From positions 608,001 to 672,000 of the forward strand of contig CAXXLX010000002.1 in NCBI GenBank assembly GCA_963665235.2: a stretch of 64,000 nt of DNA, in the 5' to 3' direction. The notes beneath the pieces were generated by a model. It was not told the origin of the DNA, ran no database searches, and worked only from the letters and a program-made list of their open reading frames with translations. The position numbers and the translations under genes are program-made. Every line of letters starts with the position of its first letter. Positions within the stretch are counted from its first letter, which is position 1. This DNA is from Candidatus Poribacteria bacterium (GTDB lineage Bacteria; Poribacteria; WGA-4E; WGA-3G). This document shows positions 30,122 to 39,420 of this stretch, piece by piece.

Positions 30122-30670
30122 TTACCCCTCTTCTTCTGATGGGGTTTCGTCCTGTTCCGCCGAGGTGTTTACTGCCGTTGATAATGTCGCTTCAATCTTT
30201 TTGATGTTTGTGGCAATATCCCCGACCATACCGGTGTACTCTGCTATCATATAAAAGAATTTCAATAGACTCAGCCCAATAGGTATGAACAGGATTGACA
30301 AGGGCAAAAGTAGAATTCCAATTAGGCTCCAGAAAAGGAGGGAAAATTCACCTGCCAGTCGTGTTAAAACACCTGCGATGGGACCAAACGTTAGGTGCGA
30401 TTCCTCACTAAGCGCGGCAATTTTATTGGCGCGGTTCCGAAATAGCATAAAAACCAGGACGCTCCAGATAACGATTACTGCATATCCTATCACGCAAAGC
30501 GGTATAAGAAGGGGATTAACAGCAAGCAGGAAAATCGCAAGTCCTAAAAGTGGGCAAATAATTACAGCTCCCACAGCAGAAATTTTGAGGCTGAACACAA
30601 TGGTTTTTCGAAAATAATCACCAGATTCTAACGCTTCGATCCATTCTATGATTGAGTGTAAAAAACGCAT
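30122..30670 (-). CDS. Membrane protein, paralog of the N-terminal half of 26134..27369
   Basis: Shared I.EWI..LESG..FRK, RA.KIA.L.EESHLT and DI.TNIK.I motifs. Confidence 0.8.
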   Translation of the reverse strand: MRFLHSIIEWIEALESGDYFRKTIVFSLKISAVGAVIICPLLGLAIFLLAVNPLLIPLCVIGYAVIVIWSVLVFMLFRNRANKIAALSEESHLTFGPIAGVLTRLAGEFSLLFWSLIGILLLPLSILFIPIGLSLLKFFYMIAEYTGMVGDIATNIKKIEATLSTAVNTSAEQDETPSEEEG

Positions 30671-30706
30671 AAATACCCCCTGTAAAGCGAAATTGAGTGT
30701 ATTACC

Positions 30707-30899
30707 TATTAGCAAAATTAGCGCGTTGGCAGTTAGCAATTAGCAAGAAATATAAGAAGATCTTCTCTTTTCTTTTTCCTGCTATAGGTTTCCAATAGCT
30801 AACCGCCAATAACCCTTGTCGGATTTTACGCCTTCAACCCGCTGAATGCCATACGCGCATTCAGCGTTGATTTGGACCTACAAGGACAGCTAGGTGGCA
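30707..30899. repeat. Dispersed composite repeat, copy 1 (heptamer tract + hairpin REP-like unit)
   Basis: 30816-30899 is a near-identical reverse complement of 48459-48542; core hairpin CGCTGAATGC-N7-GCATTCAGCG. Confidence 0.85.
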
Positions 30900-30972
30900 A
30901 CTTGAGTTAACGTAGGTGAAATGTTTAAGTTGAGCACACGTTAGTTTATTTCTGAAATCAGGCGGATTTCTT

Positions 30973-31587
30973 CTAATCTTCGCCGGAGGCATAATAGGGA
31001 TTAGTTCCGGATGCATGGTCTGTTGTATCAATAACCTGCTTAATTTCAGGGAACACTTCTTGAATCATCGCTTCGATGCCGTGTTTTAGGGTAGCGTTTG
31101 CCATGCCGCAGCCTTGGCATCCGCCGCCCATGTGAATATAGATAGCATCGTCTTCGACGTTCAGCAGTTCGATCTGTCCGCCGTGTGCCGCGACTGCGGG
31201 GTTAATTCGTTCATCGATCAGTTCCTGAATTTTCTGTGCTTTCGGATTATCCCATGTCGGTTTATTCGGGTTATCTATCTTAAACCCGCTTGCGTTGAGG
31301 TCTTCGACATAGTCGATAACCGCGCCTTTAAGGTTTGGTGCGCTGGCGGCGTCGATGAGGACGTTAAAAGCGTTACATTCAATGACAATGTCGTCCTCTT
31401 CGGCTTCAGTTGCGAGTCCGAGGCTATATTGAAAATCGGATGCTGTGCGTCCCTCGATGCTGATTCGGAGGCCTTCCACTTCGACATCTTCGTTTTGGAT
31501 AACGGTCTGAATCTTTTCTTGGGCGGCTTCGGTGATTTCCAATATAGCAGTTTCGTTTCCTGTGAGTTTCTTCAAGAAATTCTTCAT
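30973..31587 (-). CDS. nfuA: Fe-S cluster carrier NfuA
   Basis: Degenerate A-type domain (ITEAAQEKI...GFKIDNPN) + NifU-C domain INPAVAAHGG...GGCQGC, DTTDH. Confidence 0.92.
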   Translation of the reverse strand: MKNFLKKLTGNETAILEITEAAQEKIQTVIQNEDVEVEGLRISIEGRTASDFQYSLGLATEAEEDDIVIECNAFNVLIDAASAPNLKGAVIDYVEDLNASGFKIDNPNKPTWDNPKAQKIQELIDERINPAVAAHGGQIELLNVEDDAIYIHMGGGCQGCGMANATLKHGIEAMIQEVFPEIKQVIDTTDHASGTNPYYASGED

Positions 31588-31599
31588 AGGTGGTGCCTC

Positions 31600-32544
31600 T
31601 TATGCGGCAGTTTGGTCTGCGCGAAATTCTCCCATTTCGTTGTATAGGGTGTTCAATTGTGAAATCGCGTATATTTCTAGTTGTCGGATACGTTCTCGGG
31701 TTACGTCAAGGGCATCTCCAATTTCTCGGAGCGTTTTACGTTCGCCATCTTCGAGCCCGAATCGCATTTTCAAAACTTGCTGTTCCCGTTCCGGGAGTTT
31801 GTCCAAAAACTGTTCCACTAAATCACGGGTAACCAATTGGGCAATCGGCCCGTTTTCCTCTGTTGATGCTGGGTCTTCGATTAAATCGCCGAGCGTTGCC
31901 GACCTCTCATCATTTAGCGGTAAATCCATAGAGATGGTTCCAGCGTTAAAAGTAAGGATCTCTTCCACCTGCCGGACCGTTAAATCGAGTGCTTTTGCGA
32001 CTTCCGCACGGGTTGGTTCACGTTGGAGTTCTTGGCATAATGCCGCATACGTCGCGTCGAACTTATTCATCTTGGCAACGATGTACGCCGGTAATCGTAT
32101 AGAACGGGCAAAGTTATCTAGCGTACGCATAATGGATTGCTTAATCCACCAGATAGCATACGTGCTAAACTTAAAACCCTTTCTGTAATCGAACTTGCTG
32201 GCAGCCTTGATTAACCCGATATTTCCTTCTTGGATCAGGTCTTCGAGGGGGACGTTGTGTCCCTGATACCTAACCGCAATAGAAATGACGAGCCGCAAAT
32301 TGGCTTGTACCAGTTGGTCGCGTGCTTCCATATCGCCGGTTTCAATCCGTTTGGCGAGCTCGACCTCCTCTTCGCGGGTTAGTAAGCGGTGTCCCGCAAC
32401 ACTCCGGAGCCAACTCGTTAAAGCGCTTCTCTCGCTTCCTTGGTAGTTATCCGAATACTCCATTTCTTCGTCCGGATAAACGTCATCAATGTAAACATCC
32501 ACGTTCTGGATATCTTCTGTTTCACCGAAAAACTCGGTTTCCAT
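31600..32544 (-). CDS. RNA polymerase sigma70 factor, RpoD/RpoS-like, lacking region 1.1
   Basis: [59 protein letters not shown]. Confidence 0.95.
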   Translation of the reverse strand: METEFFGETEDIQNVDVYIDDVYPDEEMEYSDNYQGSERSALTSWLRSVAGHRLLTREEEVELAKRIETGDMEARDQLVQANLRLVISIAVRYQGHNVPLEDLIQEGNIGLIKAASKFDYRKGFKFSTYAIWWIKQSIMRTLDNFARSIRLPAYIVAKMNKFDATYAALCQELQREPTRAEVAKALDLTVRQVEEILTFNAGTISMDLPLNDERSATLGDLIEDPASTEENGPIAQLVTRDLVEQFLDKLPEREQQVLKMRFGLEDGERKTLREIGDALDVTRERIRQLEIYAISQLNTLYNEMGEFRADQTAA

Positions 32545-32696
32545 TTTTCTCCTCTCCTTAAATATAGATTTTTTTCTACTAGAAACTTCTCAATAAATTA
32601 TAGAATACCTTATATTAGACGTTTTGTCAAGCAAATTAGTGATATAAAATATCGAAATTCCGAATTTTTTACGAAAATCGGATAGAGCGGGCAAAA

Positions 32697-33065
32697 TTAA
32701 TTATTAACCGTGCGTATAATGGATTGCTTAATCCACCAAGTAGCATACGTGCTAAACTTAAAACCCTTCCTATAATTGAACTTGCTGACTGCTTTGATTA
32801 ACCCGATATTTCCTTCTTGGATCAGGTTTTCAAGGGGTACGTTGTGTCCCTGATACCTAACCGCAATAGAAATGACGAGCCGCAAATTGGCTTGTACCAG
32901 TTGGTCGCGTGCTTCCATATCGCCGGTTTCAATCCGTTTGGCGAGTTCGACCTCTTCGTCGCGGGTTAGTAGGCGGTGTTCTGCAGCACTCCGGAGCCAA
33001 CTCTCATCGATGCAAGCATCCACATTTTGGGTATCTTCTGCTTCACCGAAAAACTCGGTTTCCAT
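32697..33065 (-). pseudogene. Truncated tandem duplicate of the sigma factor (regions 1.2-2 only)
   Basis: Near-identical to the 5' part of 31600..32544 including its upstream region; ends IRTVNN*. Confidence 0.8.
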
Positions 33066-33523
33066 TTTTCGTCTCTCTTTAAGATATAGAATTTTTTCCA
33101 CTAGAAACTTTTCATAAATATTAGAATACCTTAATATTAAACGTTATGTCAAGCAAATTGTTTAAAAAAATAGTGAAATTCTGAAATTTTTTACGAAAAA
33201 ATGAAAAATTTCTTAAAAATTCGAACTTAAATAGCAGTTTGTAGTCTAAATTAGGTGAAAACATAAATCGAGGTGCCAAAACGGGCGGCTGGCAATTGGC
33301 AGATGGTGCTCAGCATCTCTTTTGGCTGAATAAACTTATTCGTGATGTCTTTCGTCTAAAAAGTCGTTTCAAAAATCGGGCCCTATCCTCAACCCGGTAC
33401 ATGTCTTTCTCGTCGGGAAAATCGCGAAAAATTCAAACGTCTAAAACCGTTAGATATTAAACTAATTGGCTTAATTTGCGTCAAAAAGCATTAGTTCATA
33501 AAAAAAATAGAAGGAGCTATCTT

Positions 33524-35383
33524 ATGTTGTACGGGCCATCCCCTAAAAAATCGCTCGTTGACGTGCTACGCGAGGCGGAACTCATTTCTGAGCAAGACCA
33601 CCATAAAATTTTGGAAGAAATTCTTGCAGGTTGGGCAGATAAACCTATCGAGGATGTTGAAGCGGAAGACTTAGCACTGTCCGACTCGGAAAAATATCGG
33701 CAAATCTTAGAAGAAGTTGAGAACACCGGCGCATCAGAGGAAAAGATTATGTCCGCGTATGTGTCCCCTCAGATGATTGAACTTGCCAAAAAGGGGCTTG
33801 AATTCGATGCGGCTATTATTCAATTGGTGGATTTAGAACCGGAGCCGGAGGCACTTGAAAAGGTGACAGCCAGCTTTGCTTATCGGAATAAAATTGTACC
33901 GCTACACCTCGAAGACAACGTCCTCTCTGTAGCAATCGCAGATGTCCGAGATGTGATGCTGGTTGACGAAATTGAGTATGTTACGGAGTGCAAGATTAAG
34001 CTATTCCTTGCGGATGCGGACGAAATTTCGGAGGCAATCGTCAGATTCTACGCTAGGGACGCAGCCGATTTGCTCAGCGCAGGTATTAAGGGCCCCATCG
34101 GTGCAGCGGCAACAGTTGAACGGGAAAAAATTGACGATTTCGGTATTACGGAGAAAGACCTTACACAAGATCCAACCGTTATCCAGGCTGTTAACCAGAT
34201 AATTATTGACGCTGTTCGCGCCGGGGCGAGTGATATTCATATTGAACCCTACCCCACCGAACTCAAAATCCGATTTCGAATTGATGGCGTTTTGGAAGAT
34301 CAGCCGCAACCCCCCGCATACCTCCAATCCGGTATTACCTCCCGTATCAAAATCATGGCAGGTATGGACGTAGCTGAACGCAGACGACCCCAAGATGGTA
34401 AAATTAACCGGGAAATTGGCAGTGTTGGAAACCGTCAAATTGACCTTCGGGTTTCAACCGTGCCAACTGTCGCTACCCAACATAGTGAAAGTGTCGTCCT
34501 CCGTATCCTCGACAGACAATCGATTGAGTTCGGACTAACAGAGCTCGGACTCACCGATGACAATCTGGAACTCTTTCACCGAATGATACGTAAACCGCAC
34601 GGTATCATTCTTGCAACGGGCCCCACCGGTAGTGGTAAAACTACGTCGCTCTACGCTTGTTTGAAGGAGATTAACACGCCGGAGGTCAAAATTATCACGC
34701 TTGAAGACCCGGTAGAATATGAATTAGAGGGGATTAACCAGATTCAGGTAAACCCCGATATTGAGTTTAGCTTTGCTGATGGACTTCGGCATATCCTACG
34801 ACAAGACCCGGATAAGGTGTTGGTCGGTGAAATTCGGGATTACGTGACGGCGGAAATGGCAATTCACACTGCCCTGACGGGACACCTCGTCTTTAGTACA
34901 TTGCACACAAATGATGCCCCAGGGGCTATCACACGGCTTATCGATATGAAGGTTGAACCGTATCTAGTTGCCTCCACGGTAGAGGGGATTATAGCACAAC
35001 GGCTCGTCCGACGGGTTTGCAAAATGTGTTGTGAAATGTACCACCCAACTGACCTGGAACTTGCAGGACTTTTCAGAAACAACGGTGTTGATTTACCGGC
35101 GGATCTGCTGATTCCGCGGGAAAACTCTGCGGGCTGTAAAGAGTGCCGAGGCGGATATAGAGGCAGAGTAGGGATTTTTGAAGTCATCTTTATGACAGAA
35201 GAGCTGCGCCGGATGTCACTCAAACACACCTCAACCAGCGAACTGCGCCGCCTCGCAATACAATTGGGAATGAAAAGTTTACGCGAAGATGGCTGGGAAA
35301 AGGTTACAAGCGGGTTGACAACAATCAGTGAGATAATTCGACTCACCCAAGAAGATGATGTCAATCTAATGACTGATAATTAA
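33524..35383 (+). CDS. gspE: Type II secretion ATPase GspE/PilB
   Basis: ASDIHIEP, ERRRPQDG, GPTGSGKT, RQDPD, GHLVFSTLHTND, tetra-Cys motif; start after AAGGAG. Confidence 0.95.
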   Translation: MLYGPSPKKSLVDVLREAELISEQDHHKILEEILAGWADKPIEDVEAEDLALSDSEKYRQILEEVENTGASEEKIMSAYVSPQMIELAKKGLEFDAAIIQLVDLEPEPEALEKVTASFAYRNKIVPLHLEDNVLSVAIADVRDVMLVDEIEYVTECKIKLFLADADEISEAIVRFYARDAADLLSAGIKGPIGAAATVEREKIDDFGITEKDLTQDPTVIQAVNQIIIDAVRAGASDIHIEPYPTELKIRFRIDGVLEDQPQPPAYLQSGITSRIKIMAGMDVAERRRPQDGKINREIGSVGNRQIDLRVSTVPTVATQHSESVVLRILDRQSIEFGLTELGLTDDNLELFHRMIRKPHGIILATGPTGSGKTTSLYACLKEINTPEVKIITLEDPVEYELEGINQIQVNPDIEFSFADGLRHILRQDPDKVLVGEIRDYVTAEMAIHTALTGHLVFSTLHTNDAPGAITRLIDMKVEPYLVASTVEGIIAQRLVRRVCKMCCEMYHPTDLELAGLFRNNGVDLPADLLIPRENSAGCKECRGGYRGRVGIFEVIFMTEELRRMSLKHTSTSELRRLAIQLGMKSLREDGWEKVTSGLTTISEIIRLTQEDDVNLMTDN

Positions 35384-35457
35384 TGGTTTCCAATTACCGA
35401 TTGCTGTCGAACGCGCGGAAACCCGAAACCCTACGAAATTTAATTGGATAAAACACT

Positions 35458-36681
35458 ATGCCAAGATTTCAATATGAAGCACTCACGAGTACCGGAACGA
35501 CAGTCAACAATACCTTAGAGGCGGACTCGAGGGAGGAACTCGCAGCACGTTTGAAACAGATGGGATACTGGCCGACACAGATTGTGGAGGAAGGGGTTGC
35601 CATTGAAACCGAAGCAAAACGGTTGTTTCAATTCGGAACGCGGCGCGTCAAGCTAGCGGAGGTCGAATTCTTCACATATCAGCTAGCAGCATTGGTCGGT
35701 TCACACGTCCCGCTGCCTCGTGCCTTAGAGATTACATTAGAGCAGATTACGAACCCGGGTCTGCATCGTGTCATTTCACAGGTCAAACACGATGTGGAAC
35801 ACGGTGCCACGTTCAACGATGCCTTGAACCAGCATCCGAAAGTCTTTTCTGATCTCTATGTTAATATGGTGAGAGCCGGTGAAACTGGCGGGGTATTAGG
35901 CGAAGTTTTGGAACGTCTCGCTGATTTCGCTGAAAGACAACGGCTTCTCAAAAACCAGGTTGTTTCTGCACTGTTCTACCCGGCCATTCTGTTTGGGCTG
36001 ATGATAATGGCAGTCGCCGTCTTAATGATTTTTGTCATTCCTAAATTCACCGCCATGTTCCTTGAATTCGGACGGGACTTGCCTGCACCGACACAAATCT
36101 TAATCGGTATATCGGACGCATTTGCAGGTTTTTGGTGGTTAGGATTAGCCGTTGCTATTATCATCGGCGCGGCAACACGGCAATATCTGCGGACGGACGC
36201 AGGGAAGCTATGGCTTGATCGGTTAAAGCTTAAAATACCGATTGTCGGCCCAGTTTTCAGCACCTTTGCAATTGTGCGGTTCACGCGTACCATGGCGACT
36301 CTCCTAGAAAACGGGGTACGGATGCTCCCTGCCCTGCGCGTCGTCAAAGATACGGTGGGCAATAGGGTTTACAGCAATATCATCGCTGATGCTGAAACAG
36401 AGGTAGAGCAAGGTTCAACGCTTTCTCGCATACTCGGGCAGAGCGATGAGTTCCCAAAGCCTGTCACCCACATGATTGCGGTTGGTGAAGAATCGGGAGA
36501 ACCGGTTACCATGCTGTCAAAATTGTCTGAATACTACGACATGGAAATTAAGAAAAGCTTGGAACGGTTGACCAGTTCTATTAGTCCGTTAGTTATTTTG
36601 ATTATGGGCGTGCTTATCGGATTTATCGCTGTCGCTATGATTCTACCGCTGTTTGAGGCACAAAACGCATTGGGCGGTTAA
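35458..36681 (+). CDS. gspF: Type II secretion platform protein GspF/PilC
   Basis: MVRAGETGG.L, ALFYP, FVIPKF, VGEESG, LPLF. Confidence 0.95.
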   Translation: MPRFQYEALTSTGTTVNNTLEADSREELAARLKQMGYWPTQIVEEGVAIETEAKRLFQFGTRRVKLAEVEFFTYQLAALVGSHVPLPRALEITLEQITNPGLHRVISQVKHDVEHGATFNDALNQHPKVFSDLYVNMVRAGETGGVLGEVLERLADFAERQRLLKNQVVSALFYPAILFGLMIMAVAVLMIFVIPKFTAMFLEFGRDLPAPTQILIGISDAFAGFWWLGLAVAIIIGAATRQYLRTDAGKLWLDRLKLKIPIVGPVFSTFAIVRFTRTMATLLENGVRMLPALRVVKDTVGNRVYSNIIADAETEVEQGSTLSRILGQSDEFPKPVTHMIAVGEESGEPVTMLSKLSEYYDMEIKKSLERLTSSISPLVILIMGVLIGFIAVAMILPLFEAQNALGG

Positions 36682-36826
36682 GCCTAAGGGCACATTCGTA
36701 AATTCAATTTTTTCTAAACTATCACAAGACATATTTGTCTAAAATAAATTGACACAAGTTTTGTTAATAGAGCAAAAAACATCAGGACACCGCGTTCTGC
36801 AAAATTTAAAAGGAGTTAACAACAAA

Positions 36827-37282
36827 ATGTTTAAACAGCTTGGAACAGACGAGTCAGGGTTAACCTTAATTGAATTGACAATTGTGATTGTTATCTTAGG
36901 CATTTTAGCAGCGTTCATCGCGCCGAGGGTAATAAACGCGCCGCAAAAAGCAAATGTCGCAAAAGCGGAAACGGAGATTGGCAGTCTTAAAATGGCACTT
37001 GAACTTTATGCCATCCAGGTCGGTGAATTTCCATCCACCGAACAGGGATTAGGGGCTTTGTGGGAGGCACCGAGTCCGGCTCCCCCCAATTGGGATGGAC
37101 CTTATGTTGATAGTCCAGAATTTTTAGACCCGTGGAATAGACCTTATGAGTATCGTTACCCGGGCACCCACACCGGTTATGACTATGACCTTTTCTCGTA
37201 TGGTAAGGATGGGAAGCTAGGGGGGACCGGTTTTGACAAAGACATCACCAATTGGCATCAAGAGACTGAAGCGAGTAATTAG
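36827..37282 (+). CDS. gspG: Major pseudopilin GspG
   Basis: G|LTLIEL prepilin site, PSTEQGL.AL, WDGPY, DPW.RPY.Y..PG, SYGKDG. Confidence 0.93.
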   Translation: MFKQLGTDESGLTLIELTIVIVILGILAAFIAPRVINAPQKANVAKAETEIGSLKMALELYAIQVGEFPSTEQGLGALWEAPSPAPPNWDGPYVDSPEFLDPWNRPYEYRYPGTHTGYDYDLFSYGKDGKLGGTGFDKDITNWHQETEASN

Positions 37283-37286
37283 ACCT

Positions 37287-37964
37287 ATGCGTTTAGGTGT
37301 GAATAAATTAGGGCGATTGCGAAAGTTCTGGAGGGATAGTGTCTTTGGGACCGATGGCGGTTTCAGCATTATGGAGCTGTTGTTGGTTTTCACTATCATC
37401 GCCATTTTGTCGTCGCTGTCTATGCCAGCAATGCGGGGTGTCGCTGCCTCGCGCCGCTTGAAAAGTAGTGCGCGTGCAATAGCCGATACGTTCGCCTTTG
37501 CTCGCGACATGGCAATTACGGAGCGGACAGCGCATCTCGTGGTTTTTGATGTTGATGCGGGGCGATATTGGTTGGCTTCTAGTGAGAATTTTGATTTCCA
37601 GAATCCGCTCTCATCAGCAGGCAGTTCAGCGAGTGCAGCAACAGGTGCCGCTGCGTCTGCAAATGGGGGACAGGTTGCTTTAGCACGCGCTGGCGGCGTT
37701 ATGGGAATCCTACAACGGCTCGATCAGAGCATTACGTTATCGGCAATTGTCACAAACCGCAACGGCGTAAACACACAAGCTGATACTGGAGTGGCCTACG
37801 TCTATTTTTCACCACTTTCAACAGCCGAGGGGGCCACTGTCTATCTGCGAAACGTCAGGAACAAAATTATCGCTATCACTGTTGACGCGACGACCGGACG
37901 CACCCGCTTGCAGGACATACCCGCTGAACTGGCGACAACGCTAGGGTTGCAGAGCAAATCCTAG
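37287..37964 (+). CDS. gspH: Minor pseudopilin GspH/FimT-like
   Basis: G|FSIMELL prepilin motif; ARDMAI. Confidence 0.8.
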   Translation: MRLGVNKLGRLRKFWRDSVFGTDGGFSIMELLLVFTIIAILSSLSMPAMRGVAASRRLKSSARAIADTFAFARDMAITERTAHLVVFDVDAGRYWLASSENFDFQNPLSSAGSSASAATGAAASANGGQVALARAGGVMGILQRLDQSITLSAIVTNRNGVNTQADTGVAYVYFSPLSTAEGATVYLRNVRNKIIAITVDATTGRTRLQDIPAELATTLGLQSKS

Positions 37965-37975
37965 TCCAACGAAGT

Positions 37976-38386
37976 ATGACGAAACCTACATTTTCCCAGC
38001 GTGAAGCAGGATTCACTTTGGTTGAAATCCTTGTAACCTTAGCAATTATGGCAGCCATACTGCCAGCCCTCCTGATGGTCTTTAGGAATGCTGCTAGGAA
38101 CCAGGCACTCTCTGACAATCAGATGACAGCCCTCTACCTTCTCAAATTTCGGATGGCGGAAATTGAGAGGGATGGCTACCCTGAAGTTGGGGAAGCGAGC
38201 GGTGAATTTGGAGAAGGCTCTAACTATCAGTGGGAGTCTGTCGTGGAACCTGTGGAATCTGATATGTTTGATGGGCTCCGGCGACTTCGGGTGACTGTCA
38301 CCTGGCAACATTTAGGGAGACCGAAAGCAATTAGCATGTACAGTTACATGGCTGACCGGCAAATTCAGCAGGCTCAACCACAGTAG
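37976..38386 (+). CDS. gspI: Minor pseudopilin GspI
   Basis: G|FTLVEILVTLAI; LRRLRVTVTW. Confidence 0.82.
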   Translation: MTKPTFSQREAGFTLVEILVTLAIMAAILPALLMVFRNAARNQALSDNQMTALYLLKFRMAEIERDGYPEVGEASGEFGEGSNYQWESVVEPVESDMFDGLRRLRVTVTWQHLGRPKAISMYSYMADRQIQQAQPQ

Positions 38387-38453
38387 GGCAGGCTTGTCCA
38401 ATTCCAATTTTTAGGTCGTATTTTGGATGTTCATTTAAGTCAGGTGACGAATT

Positions 38454-39359
38454 ATGAAGAATCGGATAAAAAAACGGGAGAGTGGTTTAACGCTCGTTGA
38501 AATGCTCACGGCTGTTAGCGTTCTCGTAATCATTGGCGGTACGACGTATGCTGTTTTCCGCTCTGCAATAGATGCCTACCAACGAACGCAATCCAAATTA
38601 ATTCGGGCGCAGCGCTGCCGGGTGGCTTTGGATTGGATAGCTACAGATTTAAGCCAGATGCAGGCGGATGCTGCTGACCCGATGTTGGCACTTTATTCGG
38701 AAGATAGACAATCCGCATCAGGTGATGCCGATATACTCAGTATCGTTACCCTAGTAAAAACGGAGCCAGACCCGTTTTTCGTCCAGCAGAATCCTGCAAG
38801 TGCAGCGGCCCCACTTTTAAGCGATGTCCGGCGCGTCGCCTATTTCGTCGCACCTGCCATGTCTATCGAAGAGAGCCAGAGCGGAGCAGGTCTACCCTCC
38901 CCTTATACAACGGAACCGCAGGGAGGACGGAATACTGACACGGAACCGGAAAGCCTTTCACTTTACCGAGTCATAACTACGGCACTTGACCCCGAATTGT
39001 TCGTCAGCTATTTGAGCGGCAACAGCACATTGCCCACCGAAGACGAAAACGGGGTGCCAATTTATACCGAGGTTACACCCCTTATTGATGGGATTCTCAA
39101 CTTCGATCTGAAATATACAGATGACGAAACAGTGTATGAATCCTGGATGGAAACAGAGTCATTTCCGCTTACCGTTCAAATCTTGATTAGTGTTTCCGGT
39201 GATGAAGATGGTGCGCAACCCACAACAGGAGTAGTACCAAGTACACCCTCGCAGGAGGAGACGTTTGTACCACCGAATGCATTGACACAATCAACTATGG
39301 TGTACCTCCCCGCAAGTGCAACTGCTAATGATAGTGGTGGCGGAGGTGCCCAGCAATGA
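38454..39359 (+). CDS. gspJ: Minor pseudopilin GspJ
   Basis: G|LTLVEML; I..DL; W...FPLTVQI. Confidence 0.8.
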   Translation: MKNRIKKRESGLTLVEMLTAVSVLVIIGGTTYAVFRSAIDAYQRTQSKLIRAQRCRVALDWIATDLSQMQADAADPMLALYSEDRQSASGDADILSIVTLVKTEPDPFFVQQNPASAAAPLLSDVRRVAYFVAPAMSIEESQSGAGLPSPYTTEPQGGRNTDTEPESLSLYRVITTALDPELFVSYLSGNSTLPTEDENGVPIYTEVTPLIDGILNFDLKYTDDETVYESWMETESFPLTVQILISVSGDEDGAQPTTGVVPSTPSQEETFVPPNALTQSTMVYLPASATANDSGGGGAQQ

Positions 39360-39420
39360 CCGCGCCGGAATGGCAGCGAGAGCGTTCGGACTTTTTCACA
39401 AAGAGATTGGAGATGTATTC

